Part shown: piece by piece, positions 19,140 to 28,371 of the stretch
Layout of the letters: every line of letters begins with the position of its first letter
Numbering within the stretch: the stretch's first letter is position 1
IMG/VR virus record: IMGVR_UViG_3300045988_128133
Reading direction: 5' to 3' (one strand)
From: a virus
Length of the DNA stretch: 64,000 bases
Notes under the pieces: model-generated
Seen by the model: only the letters and a program-made list of their open reading frames with translations
Databases searched by the model: none
Told to the model about the DNA's origin: nothing
Position numbers and translations under genes: made by a program

Positions 19140-19172
19140 TTAACCAATTAACCAATTAACCAATTAACTAAT
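19137..19172. repeat. tandem repeat (AATTAACC) x4
   Basis: taattaaccaattaaccaattaaccaattaac, in the intergenic region. Confidence 0.7.
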
Positions 19173-19181
19173 TGAAACACA

Positions 19182-19754
19182 ATGAAGAGAGAAGATTGTA
19201 AACCGAACAAGATTGTCATGTTGAAAGGAGTCATTGACCATGATGATAAAACTACAGTACGTCCTATTAAAGTGAACTTCATTCGCCCTGATGAGGACGA
19301 ACCGCCTTATGCGTGGTTCGACCCGGACCAGTTGCTCGAAGTTAAGGAACCCACAATTAGCCGGACAAGAAAGTTCTGCAAGGGGGATAAGGTACGGTAC
19401 GTTTCCAGTGGACGTATGGATTATATTAAGGTACCAAAAGCAGATGAAGAGTATGTAGTCACTGTCTCTGAGTTGGATGGCTGGGTTAATATAAAGAACG
19501 ACCAGTATGACAACTGCGTTAAATGGCATGACCTGGAACTCGTGGAACCCGTGGATTCCGTGGGTGAAAGGAACCCCTATGAAATCGGGGACTATGAAGG
19601 TGCTTATTTCCGCATCCAGCGTGATGGACGATATATCCATGAAATCTGGTATAGTTCAAACCTGGGCAGTCCCTATACTAAAGCGGAAGCCCGCCAGATA
19701 GCGCAGGAACTCTGTGATGAATTAAACCGTAAGTACAACCCCTCAAACAATTAA
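19182..19754 (+). CDS. protein with two SH3/KOW-like modules; begins MKREDCK like the 45118 gene
   Basis: NKIVMLKG... and GDKVRYVSSG... modules. N-terminus is paralogous to MKREECK at 45118. Confidence 0.4.
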   Translation: MKREDCKPNKIVMLKGVIDHDDKTTVRPIKVNFIRPDEDEPPYAWFDPDQLLEVKEPTISRTRKFCKGDKVRYVSSGRMDYIKVPKADEEYVVTVSELDGWVNIKNDQYDNCVKWHDLELVEPVDSVGERNPYEIGDYEGAYFRIQRDGRYIHEIWYSSNLGSPYTKAEARQIAQELCDELNRKYNPSNN

Positions 19755-19781
19755 ACCGTAAGTACAACCCCTCAAACAATT
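19722..19781 (+). repeat. 30-bp perfect tandem duplication spanning the stop of the 19182 gene
   Basis: TTAAACCGTAAGTACAACCCCTCAAACAA x2. Confidence 0.7.
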
Positions 19782-19795
19782 AAACCCAACAAGAT

Positions 19796-20257
19796 ATGCC
19801 AATACTCAATCTTACAGTCAGCCAGTATATTGTCGTTGCCCTTCTCATCACCCTGTGGGCTTTCATTGCCCGCTGGGTTATGGCCTGGGTGAATGGCCGT
19901 AAAACGGAAGAGGTGAAAAAACTTTGGAAGAAGCAGGGGATAGAAACCAACTCCTTCCGAACCCGCGGAAGCCAATACACTCTGTACGAGAAGGGAGCCA
20001 TGGAACAAATGCATGATACTCTGGTCAACAGGTTTATGCACATTGTCTATGGAGCCTGCATCTTCTTCATTATGGTGGTCACGGCAGAAAGCATTTACTT
20101 CTTCATGACCCCAACTACTGTTGGTGCTTACTTCGCAGGGCTGGCAGTATGGCTCGCAGGAACTTTCTTCTGGTCTATCTTAGCTACCCAGTTTACTTAC
20201 TACATCACCCTGCTGTGTGAAAAGCGCAGGCTGACAAATAATAAGCTTGACGAATAA
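19796..20257 (+). CDS. integral membrane protein (about 4 TM)
   Basis: Several hydrophobic stretches: IVVALLITLWAFIA, IFFIMVVTA, AGLAVWLAGTFFWSILA. Confidence 0.45.
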   Translation: MPILNLTVSQYIVVALLITLWAFIARWVMAWVNGRKTEEVKKLWKKQGIETNSFRTRGSQYTLYEKGAMEQMHDTLVNRFMHIVYGACIFFIMVVTAESIYFFMTPTTVGAYFAGLAVWLAGTFFWSILATQFTYYITLLCEKRRLTNNKLDE

Positions 20258-20280
20258 AACTCCTATTACATAATAACTGC

Positions 20281-20544
20281 ATGTCACCAACACCAATCAA
20301 AGAGACGCTTAATTGTCCAGTGTGCGGCTTGCCCTTGTACCTATCTGACGACCTGTTTACGAAGGACCATCTGGGATATAGTTGCTATGAAGACCGTAAT
20401 GTCTATTACTACGAATGCCCCGACTGTCCTCTGGCAACCGAATATGGAGATACGGAAGAAGATGCTTGGGAGAAAGCTAAACAACTTGTAGATAAGTGTC
20501 TTGAAAAATTTAACCAGAAGGAGGCTTCCAATGGCGATGCTTAG
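20281..20544 (+). CDS. Zn-ribbon protein, paralog 1 of 3
   Basis: CPVCG...C...CPDC: two CxxC pairs. Confidence 0.45.
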   Translation: MSPTPIKETLNCPVCGLPLYLSDDLFTKDHLGYSCYEDRNVYYYECPDCPLATEYGDTEEDAWEKAKQLVDKCLEKFNQKEASNGDA

Positions 20545-20863
20545 ATGCCCTGTATGTAACACTCCCCTAAAAGAATTCGAGGATTCCGCATACGAACTTA
20601 GTTCTGTAGGCTGTCCCCGGTGCGAATGGACTACGTTTAAAGCGTACCCGGAAGAAGCGTGGAAGGCCGCTGAAAAATTTATCAACGAGTTCCCGCCCGC
20701 TATGCGGGTGCATCCAGGAGATAAGATTATCTACTTCGATAACCTGTATCATAGGGTAGGAGGAACCGTTATGGGGAAAGACCCGGTTACCATGCGAATC
20801 ATACTCGAAGACGGAAGCACTACAGCTGACATGGTGTACAAATGGCCCTGGCAACTGAACTAG
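20531..20863 (+). CDS. Zn-ribbon + SH3-like protein, paralog 2 (start at ATG 20531 with AAGGAGG SD)
   Basis: CPVCN...CPRC, PGDKIIYF, and a C-terminal KWPWQL. Confidence 0.45.
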   Translation: MAMLRCPVCNTPLKEFEDSAYELSSVGCPRCEWTTFKAYPEEAWKAAEKFINEFPPAMRVHPGDKIIYFDNLYHRVGGTVMGKDPVTMRIILEDGSTTADMVYKWPWQLN

Positions 20864-20881
20864 AAAGGAGAAAGGAGAATA

Positions 20882-21379
20882 GTGAAAACGTTTAAATGTC
20901 CCGTGTGCGGAGGCACCTTCGAACTGCAATCCGATTTGGCCTTCTACGATTACCATGAAGCAACCTACGAACAGGTGCATTACTATGTCTGCGACACCTG
21001 TGCCCTCACTTCGGACTGGCAGTATATCGAAGATGAGGCGAGGAAAAAGCTGGAAGCCCTTATCCGCAGGTTTCCCCCTCTCATGAGGGTCTGGCCCGGG
21101 GATGTAGTTTCATGGGGAGTCCATCCCGTTACGGTTCTGGATAAGGATGTCCAGTGCGGAGAACTGCTGGTACTAGATTCTTATGGAAATAAACAGCTTC
21201 TTGAACAACGCGTCATTGATAAATGGCCATGGGAACTTGAACAGGAAAAGGAAGAGAGAAACTGCTATAACTGCAAATATAGCGCACTGTCTTGCAGGGA
21301 CCATCCCTGTAACGCATGTTCGTCACCGGAAGCACCTGAGTGTTATAAGTATTGGGAAGCTGAACCGAAAGAAAACTAA
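20882..21379 (+). CDS. Zn-ribbon + SH3-like protein, paralog 3 (GTG start, AAGGAG SD)
   Basis: CPVCG...CDTC, PGDVVSWG, and KWPWEL. Extra Cys-rich tail. Confidence 0.45.
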   Translation: MKTFKCPVCGGTFELQSDLAFYDYHEATYEQVHYYVCDTCALTSDWQYIEDEARKKLEALIRRFPPLMRVWPGDVVSWGVHPVTVLDKDVQCGELLVLDSYGNKQLLEQRVIDKWPWELEQEKEERNCYNCKYSALSCRDHPCNACSSPEAPECYKYWEAEPKEN

Positions 21380-21534
21380 TGCTATTCGACATCATATATT
21401 TGTTCGTCATATTGGCCACCATCGCTGTCTTTGGGTATTACTACTACATGGCAGGCAAGGTGCAAGGAGTTCTTATGGCCCTCGAAATTTATCTGACGCA
21501 CAACGACGAAAAGGAAAATGAAACTGACACCTGA
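21379..21534 (+). CDS. small single-TM protein (51 aa), not in ORF track
   Basis: Starts at a TAATG overlap with the upstream stop. Has a hydrophobic core, ILATIAVFGYYYY. Overlaps the start of the 21518 gene. Confidence 0.25.
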   Translation: MLFDIIYLFVILATIAVFGYYYYMAGKVQGVLMALEIYLTHNDEKENETDT

Positions 21535-21871
21535 ACAGCAGGCCTTTTACCGATATGGGTTTGTCAAAGCCTGTTTATGTCTTAAAATCCAAGAGGCTCG
21601 TGATTATGCGCGATACACCTACGGGACAACCTACGCTAAATTAACACCGAAGGAACGGGCAGACTGTCGAAAGCAATTTCAAATTGAATTTCTTCTCGAC
21701 CTGGTAAGGGACCGAAGAGTCACGTGCCGGGCGTGGGTACCGCCGCGACAACGCGGTTGCTCAACCTGTAGGCATGACGGAACTCATTACAAGCTTTGTG
21801 CACTCTGCCACGGTGAAGGATGGCCTGTCAGCTGGGTACCGAAAAGGAATTCCCTAGGTAAGATGAAATGA
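21518..21871 (+). CDS. Cys/His-rich small protein
   Basis: CSTCRHDGTHYKLCALCHGEGW. AAGGAAA lies upstream of the start. Confidence 0.4.
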   Translation: MKLTPEQQAFYRYGFVKACLCLKIQEARDYARYTYGTTYAKLTPKERADCRKQFQIEFLLDLVRDRRVTCRAWVPPRQRGCSTCRHDGTHYKLCALCHGEGWPVSWVPKRNSLGKMK

Positions 21872-21945
21872 CAAATTCTACTAAATAATATTCTTGACAA
21901 AACAACCGGGGGTACTACAATACCTCCGAACTCCAATCAAATTCA

Positions 21946-22167
21946 ATGATGAAGTTAGACCCTATCGTACCCTCCTGCGCTCACTGCCATTACAGCGACC
22001 TGCCTTCGGAGTCGTTCCCGTGTTCAGATTGTGACAAAGACTATAGCCAATTTACAGCCAAGTCTATCTGCCGTATCTGTTCACTCGCAAGCATGTCACT
22101 CTGCCAACCTGATTGTTTCACCTGCAATTCATCCTGGGCAGAGATTAAGAACAACAAAAAGAAATAA
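21946..22167 (+). CDS. Cys-rich Zn-ribbon protein (paralogous N-terminus to the next gene)
   Basis: SCAHCHYSDLPSESFPCSDC, compared with SCDHCVYNELRGNDYPCSDC in the 22175 gene. Confidence 0.4.
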   Translation: MMKLDPIVPSCAHCHYSDLPSESFPCSDCDKDYSQFTAKSICRICSLASMSLCQPDCFTCNSSWAEIKNNKKK

Positions 22168-22174
22168 CCACCCC

Positions 22175-22747
22175 ATGTCTCAAACCAAACTTACAGAATC
22201 CTGTGACCATTGTGTCTATAATGAATTGAGAGGGAATGATTATCCCTGCTCAGATTGTTCATCCCAAGGGACCCATTTCACCCCGGACCCCATATGTCAA
22301 AAATGTGAACATGCGGACACCCCTGTGGCAGATTATCCTTGTTCAACCTGCCGCATCGAATCTGATAGGGGACATTACGTAGAATCCACGGAATCCACGG
22401 AACCTGTGTCTCCGTGCCAGTCCTGCCCGCACGCGGGGACCCCTCCGCTCCAACAGCCATGCGCGGACTGCGGTCACAATGGGCTTAGTGCGGGCATTCA
22501 AAGGAACAGAGAAGCAGAGTACCAGCGGTTCGTGGAGGAAATGAATGCACGCCCAGCCGCCTGTATCTGCGGGGAGAATCCCGAATATGTGGAAGACAAC
22601 ATCTATCCCGGAGAAGTCCACCGCTATGTGGTCTGCAACGGGAGTCACCCCGTCCCCCATTCCCTGTCGGTCCACGGCGGCAATAGCCGGGAGGAAACCA
22701 TTGGACGATGGAACGCTTTTATTTTCAATCTTAAAAACAATAAATAA
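22175..22747 (+). CDS. multi-Zn-ribbon Cys-rich protein (start moved to ATG 22175)
   Basis: Four or more C-x2-C...C-x2-C modules. Contains the GAATCCACGGAATCCACGGAACC tandem motif. Confidence 0.4.
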   Translation: MSQTKLTESCDHCVYNELRGNDYPCSDCSSQGTHFTPDPICQKCEHADTPVADYPCSTCRIESDRGHYVESTESTEPVSPCQSCPHAGTPPLQQPCADCGHNGLSAGIQRNREAEYQRFVEEMNARPAACICGENPEYVEDNIYPGEVHRYVVCNGSHPVPHSLSVHGGNSREETIGRWNAFIFNLKNNK

Positions 22748-22749
22748 TT

Positions 22750-22983
22750 ATGTATATGGCAAACACACCGCTCTATCATAATCAGGTCCGACAAATGCGT
22801 AAACTACTTCAGATTAACTTCGGCATACCCTGGGAAGAACTTGCGCTCATGACAGACAATGAAGCCGAAGAAACTCTGTCCTCCCTGGGGTACACCCTCG
22901 TCAAAACCGCCTCTGTGGATGACGGCACTCTGTACGTCGTCCCCAAAGACCTGCTCGAAAACGCTTTCACTCTAAACCGATGA
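22750..22983 (+). CDS. hypothetical small protein
   Basis: 77-aa ORF. Confidence 0.35.
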   Translation: MYMANTPLYHNQVRQMRKLLQINFGIPWEELALMTDNEAEETLSSLGYTLVKTASVDDGTLYVVPKDLLENAFTLNR

Positions 22984-23063
22984 TTATGTTTCTAATCGGC
23001 GCGGCCATGGCTCTCTGCCTAATCTACATCATTGAGAATAACGAACCACTTTTACCTGCATGA
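22980..23063 (+). CDS. 27-aa hydrophobic micro-ORF bridging two genes by ATGA overlaps
   Basis: MIMFLIGAAMALCLIYIIENNEPLLPA. Both its start and its stop overlap the neighbouring genes. Confidence 0.2.
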   Translation: MIMFLIGAAMALCLIYIIENNEPLLPA

Positions 23064-23542
23064 AGAATCAAGGAAAACTCATCCAGCACCCAGGGCTCAA
23101 GTACCCACGGAAACCACGGAATTGTACACCCGCTGTAAAGAAGATTCCCTATGGCTACATGTCCACCCAGGAAATCGCGGAAGCCGTGGGTAGAACTCCC
23201 ACCTGTGTTCTCGTTACTCTGGAACGCCGCAAGGTGCCGAAGGTACGTTCCGGCAAGATGGTTTACTGGGACGGAGACATAGCACGGGAATATATTAAAA
23301 CACTTAACTCAGACGTGTACGAGGGAATTCCTAACGGATATACGGATATGGAAGGAGCCCTGGAACTCACTGGTTTTAAGAATGGAGCGACCCTCTCCAC
23401 CATGTTTAAGCGCGGGCGGGTCCGGCGTGTCCGGTACCGTGATGACATGGGTGCCGGGAGAAAGACGCGATTCGCGTATAATATTCTTGACCTGGAACGG
23501 CATATGGGCTTAACTAATGTCACCGAAGATGACGACGAATAA
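23060..23542 (+). CDS. HTH DNA-binding protein
   Basis: MSTQEIAEAVGRTPTCVLVTLER is an HTH-like segment. Confidence 0.4.
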   Translation: MKNQGKLIQHPGLKYPRKPRNCTPAVKKIPYGYMSTQEIAEAVGRTPTCVLVTLERRKVPKVRSGKMVYWDGDIAREYIKTLNSDVYEGIPNGYTDMEGALELTGFKNGATLSTMFKRGRVRRVRYRDDMGAGRKTRFAYNILDLERHMGLTNVTEDDDE

Positions 23543-23873
23543 TAACCATCAAATGGCAAAAGTCAGCAATCAGGAGGCATTACTGACAATTCTGTCCTGG
23601 GTCGATTTATTCGACCCTGACATGAGCCTGACCCGACTCCGCATCCTGCTTGCCCTTCACGGTGCGGGGGGCACCCCCACGCTGACGGTCAAGGTTTTGT
23701 CTCGCTATCTGTCTCTTTCCACGTCCAACCTTAACTATAATCTCAAGAAACTGATGGAGGATGGATGGGTGGAGATTGTAGAGGATAGCGAACCTGCTCT
23801 CTATCAACTGACAAGACGTGGCAGAACCTTCTGCCGCGATATATTCAAACCCCGAAAGTACATCAACAAATGA
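23517..23873 (+). CDS. winged-helix transcriptional regulator (MarR/ArsR-like)
   Basis: LRILLALHGAGGTPTLTVKVLSRYLSLSTSNLNYNLKKLMEDGWVE. Confidence 0.4.
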   Translation: MSPKMTTNNNHQMAKVSNQEALLTILSWVDLFDPDMSLTRLRILLALHGAGGTPTLTVKVLSRYLSLSTSNLNYNLKKLMEDGWVEIVEDSEPALYQLTRRGRTFCRDIFKPRKYINK

Positions 23874-24292
23874 CTCACGAAGAAATTGAAAAGGTAGCTG
23901 AACAGCTATACACCCTGACAGAATCCCGTACTGCATGGTCTGAACTTGACACTGCGGGCCAATACCCCTACGTCAAACTGGCACTCAATCTGGGAGAAAA
24001 GAAACCGGAAATTCTTGGTGAACTGGTTTCAAAGTACTGCGTCGATTTCGGAATGCCCAGCAAGTACAAGGCGATTGTCGCTGGGATTATTTCCGGGATT
24101 CTTACGGTACTGGCCGCTTTCGGTCTCATCTCCCAGAACAGCTGTACCCGTGTCGATATGACGGAAGACCATGCAATTATTTGTCGTGGCGATTCCTGCA
24201 TTGTCCTTGAGCCGGGCCGGATTTCCTACAGCCAGGCCCAGCCGGAAACGGACGTGCCTCCGGTGGTTCAGGTAAAACCCAGCAAGAAGTAA
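23870..24292 (+). CDS. membrane-anchored protein
   Basis: One TM segment, AIVAGIISGILTVLAAFGLI. Confidence 0.4.
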   Translation: MTHEEIEKVAEQLYTLTESRTAWSELDTAGQYPYVKLALNLGEKKPEILGELVSKYCVDFGMPSKYKAIVAGIISGILTVLAAFGLISQNSCTRVDMTEDHAIICRGDSCIVLEPGRISYSQAQPETDVPPVVQVKPSKK

Positions 24293-24293
24293 T

Positions 24294-25331
24294 ATGGCCG
24301 ACAACGAGGTTCAATATTCAGAACTGCCCTCAGCCCCGGACCTCTTTAATCATCCGGTACCCACGGTTCCCGTGGGTACCGAATTGTTTAATGACATGCC
24401 GCCGTTCGATTCCCTCCCTGACCCCATTGCCCCAGTTTACGGTGAAAGCGATGTCATGGTACATACTCCGTCGCCGTACAACGACGACCCCCTGATGCGG
24501 AACCGACCGGAGAATATGTTCGCTATCGTCTATGACCCAACGAACAGCGGAGCCAACGCGGCCGTCCAGTACGTTGCCGGGGTAATCATCGACAGCAATG
24601 AGGTTACTAAAATAGGTGGGGAACCGGGAACCCTGCACAATGTCGATTCCAAAGAGCAGGCACCGCTGGACGAGGACATCACCTGGTACCTCAATGTGAA
24701 AAGCGACCGGGCCAGTTCCACGGTGACAAGCGTAAAGGACGAGAGTGCTGACTTCTCTGTCCCTCTGGCCAAGATGACTCGCGGCAATAACGGGTACATT
24801 CAGCAGTTACACCGTGGTGCTGTGTTCATTGGTGGCGGTAGCGGAGGCGGCACGTTCCCGTTTAAAGTCACTACCTCTAAGGAACAGGATGGTTCTGGCG
24901 TATGGCATACCTACGCAGTAATCGTTGAGGGCGGCTTCCGGGACACCGACCGGAAGAAGGCTACCATAGATGGGTTCAAGGACGGGAAGGCTAAAGTGGA
25001 AATTGTCACGGATGGTGAACTCCCTATCCTGTTGGAGTGGGAATATGCATGGCCCTATACGGGGCTGACCCAAGCTAAGGTGGTTGTCGATGATAAGCCC
25101 TGGGATGGGAAGGAAGTCATTACACCCATTACCAGTGAAGAGGGGAATGGTAAAAGTAAATGCGCTTTAGCCATCCTTACTGTCACCCGTGCCAAAGATG
25201 GGACGCTCGACGCAGTTGTTAAATCCCAGCTGGTCAATACCGGGTTAATCGCCATGTGGTATAGCGGCTACGTTGACGGGGTATCGGGCAACGTCGGCCA
25301 GTATGCAGAAGCCAGTACTGTATCACCATGA
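24294..25331 (+). CDS. structural (fiber-like) protein
   Basis: 345 aa, beta-rich, with a GGGSGGG linker. Contains a 24-bp perfect palindrome. Confidence 0.4.
   Translation: MADNEVQYSELPSAPDLFNHPVPTVPVGTELFNDMPPFDSLPDPIAPVYGESDVMVHTPSPYNDDPLMRNRPENMFAIVYDPTNSGANAAVQYVAGVIIDSNEVTKIGGEPGTLHNVDSKEQAPLDEDITWYLNVKSDRASSTVTSVKDESADFSVPLAKMTRGNNGYIQQLHRGAVFIGGGSGGGTFPFKVTTSKEQDGSGVWHTYAVIVEGGFRDTDRKKATIDGFKDGKAKVEIVTDGELPILLEWEYAWPYTGLTQAKVVVDDKPWDGKEVITPITSEEGNGKSKCALAILTVTRAKDGTLDAVVKSQLVNTGLIAMWYSGYVDGVSGNVGQYAEASTVSP
24356..24380. repeat. perfect palindrome GGTACCCACGG-TT-CCGTGGGTACC inside coding sequence
   Basis: 11-bp arms that contain the CCACGG core in both orientations. Confidence 0.8.
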
Positions 25332-26143
25332 GTTCTCTTCTTCTCTACCCCAAGCCATTGCAGGGGAATAGACCTGCATCCTTCCTGCAACAGTGGCACC
25401 AGAAGCTGACACATCCCTTCAATGAGATGTACTGGTATGGGACACCCGGACCTACACTCCATGGCATGCCAACTCCGAACGGGCTTGCTATTCCCATTAA
25501 AGCAGATGCAACTTATCGACCGGGAGTCCGGTGCAAAAATATCAGTGATGCGTGGAAGATATACAATACCCTGAAAGGATTAAAGACTCCAGAAATGACA
25601 CCTGTATTGCCGAGCCAGGCAGGATGGAAGACCCATATCTACCCTACGGAATCTGTACGTGTCTTTGACTACGAAGTCTGGAAAGTGTGGCACCCGAATC
25701 AGCCACAGCATGAGATGACGCTGGATGAGGTCAAGACCTGGCCCATACCTACAGAGGGTGGCCTGGGAGGTTCCATTTACGTGGTGACGTATAATGAGAA
25801 CGGGGTTCTCATCGATAACACAGCCCGGTTCCTAATTGACCAGGTATGGTACATTGAAGAAGAGACGGGAGCTGTTTACCTGGACCTTCGCTACAATATC
25901 ACAGGCCAGTATGAACAGAGGGTTTCCGGTGTTGGCCGAACCTTCAACGTATCAGCTGACTTCGGAAGACGACAGCACATCAATGGAACACAGTCCCGTA
26001 TCATCCAGTGGACTGGCGAGATATGCGGCGTGACAGTCGATTTCCTTGCTTCCTACTTCAGCTATGCTCCTTCCACGGTAACAGTCCCCCAGGTGCCTGT
26101 TCTTACCACATTCTTCAAAGGAATCCAGTTTACTACCCTTTGA
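25328..26143 (+). CDS. structural protein
   Basis: 271 aa. Overlaps the upstream stop by ATGA. Confidence 0.4.
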   Translation: MSSLLLYPKPLQGNRPASFLQQWHQKLTHPFNEMYWYGTPGPTLHGMPTPNGLAIPIKADATYRPGVRCKNISDAWKIYNTLKGLKTPEMTPVLPSQAGWKTHIYPTESVRVFDYEVWKVWHPNQPQHEMTLDEVKTWPIPTEGGLGGSIYVVTYNENGVLIDNTARFLIDQVWYIEEETGAVYLDLRYNITGQYEQRVSGVGRTFNVSADFGRRQHINGTQSRIIQWTGEICGVTVDFLASYFSYAPSTVTVPQVPVLTTFFKGIQFTTL

Positions 26144-26258
26144 ACATTTCAATACAGCTGTACAATCCCCCAGCGGATTTCGTACATTGAAATGTCAGAG
26201 CGTTTAGATTGCGAGAATATACGGAAAATGTATATTCTCGCAATCATTTTATGGAGGA

Positions 26259-27011
26259 ATGACGAGGAAAGTAGTTGACAGAAACAAACTCTCCACTATG
26301 ATGGGGGTCATGTCCGAACCATTACCCAATCACGAATTCGATGATTTTGTTTTCATCATCTTTGCGTACAACGCTACGCTTGACTGGCCGGAACGAGAGT
26401 CCCTGCTTGTCCACTACTCCGTCAACTACCTGCTCAACCACGGAATCCACGGAACCCGTATCACCGTTCTGGCCAATGACCTGTCGGTATGTTCCTGGGC
26501 AAATTTGCAGGGATTGAAGTTTATTCAGCTTAAAGCCACTGACAAGGAAACTGTTACGGAAGCCATATCCACCGTGATGCGGGAAAACCCTGAGAAGAAT
26601 GTTGCATGCCTCAATACTGTATTCCCTGTACGTGAATCCGACCTCCTGTCTCTGATATGTAGCCAAACCCGAACGGAAAAGGATAAGCTCTTTATCTCTG
26701 CCCACATGGGTGCCAAGTATGAGAAGGACGACAGGACAACATCCTGGGGCACTACTCTGAACGGAAGTATCATAGGCTTTCGTCATGACTCTGATATTAA
26801 AGCTCTCTTCCATCCTAAGAACATTTACCCCGTACTTCACACTGCTGAATGCGGAAATTATAAGGTCTGTTTCAGGTATGAGTACATGAAGGAACCCCTG
26901 GAATCCGCGGTTGCCGTGGGATATAAGATGTCCGCATGGTCTGCCCCCTGTCCATCAGAATATCCTCGCAGGGTGGAAATAAAGCTGGACAACGGAACGG
27001 ATGCCCGCTAA
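26259..27011 (+). CDS. hypothetical protein
   Basis: 250-aa ORF. Confidence 0.4.
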   Translation: MTRKVVDRNKLSTMMGVMSEPLPNHEFDDFVFIIFAYNATLDWPERESLLVHYSVNYLLNHGIHGTRITVLANDLSVCSWANLQGLKFIQLKATDKETVTEAISTVMRENPEKNVACLNTVFPVRESDLLSLICSQTRTEKDKLFISAHMGAKYEKDDRTTSWGTTLNGSIIGFRHDSDIKALFHPKNIYPVLHTAECGNYKVCFRYEYMKEPLESAVAVGYKMSAWSAPCPSEYPRRVEIKLDNGTDAR

Positions 27012-27465
27012 CCTGAAGCCCATGAACAACACCAACTTATACTTTGACGGTGCGCTTGGCCAGTTCATAGGAAAGCACAACTATGACCTCATCAGCGTTG
27101 ACCCAGACCTCGAAGTCCAGCACGCCACGTCGTCTAAGACAATCTGCCTTGGAGCCGACTTCCAGGGAAACATCAACCTGTACATCTCCCATGCCGCCGC
27201 GCTGGGGTTGACGGGCCGTGCTTTCTCCTGGGATATTTATCTGGCTCCATACAACAATGCCAATCTCCCTGTCTGGGAGAATATAGCATCCGGCAATACC
27301 TCCGCAGAGAAACCGGGAGGGACTACAGATACAGTTCTCCTGGCCACTGACATGTTTACCCTGGGCCTCGAAAACTATCCGCGAGGCGTTTACTGGATGA
27401 AACTGCATTTCAGCAATATGTCTGACTGGATGCGTTCCTTCCCCTTCATTCTTCACATCATTTAA
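27001..27465 (+). CDS. hypothetical structural protein
   Basis: 154 aa. Confidence 0.35.
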   Translation: MPANLKPMNNTNLYFDGALGQFIGKHNYDLISVDPDLEVQHATSSKTICLGADFQGNINLYISHAAALGLTGRAFSWDIYLAPYNNANLPVWENIASGNTSAEKPGGTTDTVLLATDMFTLGLENYPRGVYWMKLHFSNMSDWMRSFPFILHII

Positions 27466-27470
27466 CCGAC

Positions 27471-27845
27471 ATGAAATTAGACCTCAACAAAATACTCCGG
27501 CTCTACCCTCTCCTTAAAATCCTCCACTATCAAACAGGGGCGGGGTTCCATCATGAGAAATATGACGATGCCCTCGACTGTCTGGGGGAGATAGCAGACA
27601 AGTACATCGAGACTTACATGGGGCTGAACGGACGGGACTGGGTTGCAGGGACTTCCCCCATGCCCAAGCTCGTAACTGGTACGCGCCCCTGTGTTGTGCA
27701 GTTCCGCATGGAAATCGTCGAGACACTTGTTCCCTACCTCTATCAACTGGCCAAGGGACAGAAGGCTCTGAACAAACTGGCAGAAGACTTTGACGAAGCC
27801 GCCCACGGAATCCTTGGTCTCCTGGAAAACTACAGCAATCAATAA
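27471..27845 (+). CDS. hypothetical protein
   Basis: 124 aa. Confidence 0.35.
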   Translation: MKLDLNKILRLYPLLKILHYQTGAGFHHEKYDDALDCLGEIADKYIETYMGLNGRDWVAGTSPMPKLVTGTRPCVVQFRMEIVETLVPYLYQLAKGQKALNKLAEDFDEAAHGILGLLENYSNQ

Positions 27846-27861
27846 ATCAACCAAACACACT

Positions 27862-28371
27862 ATGCCCTGCAACGTACAGCGCGGAGAATTCTATATTGCC
27901 AACGACGGACCGGAAAGCAATTCCGAAATCATAGCAAACGTACTTCCCAGGATGGACGGGATTCTGTCGCGGTCCCGCTCCATGACCTGGGGTATGATTA
28001 GCTACACCCTGTCCCACCTGAACAATCCGTTCGGCATTGCTCTGGAACATATGCGGGTAGGTTTCGCGGCGCGTACCGCATCCCTGCCGGACGCTATGGG
28101 GGTGGTCGATGTATCTCACTGGATTATCATTGAGAAGGTACCTATCTCTTTTGAGGACTTCCGCTGTGTCTTCAAGATTCTGGAACCCACGGATTCCCCG
28201 GATGAGCGGAAGGATTATCTCCTTCATGGCAAGTGGTTTACACCTACCAAGGAAATCAAACTGAGCAACGATATGATTACCCGGTTCCACTGGGAACTGG
28301 GCTATCCTGAAAACGAACGAATCAACCTGCTGGAAGACAGCACAGAAGAAGACGATGACACAGAAAGCTAA
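27862..28371 (+). CDS. hypothetical protein (start moved to first ATG after upstream stop)
   Basis: In the same frame as ORF-track 27790. Confidence 0.35.
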   Translation: MPCNVQRGEFYIANDGPESNSEIIANVLPRMDGILSRSRSMTWGMISYTLSHLNNPFGIALEHMRVGFAARTASLPDAMGVVDVSHWIIIEKVPISFEDFRCVFKILEPTDSPDERKDYLLHGKWFTPTKEIKLSNDMITRFHWELGYPENERINLLEDSTEEDDDTES

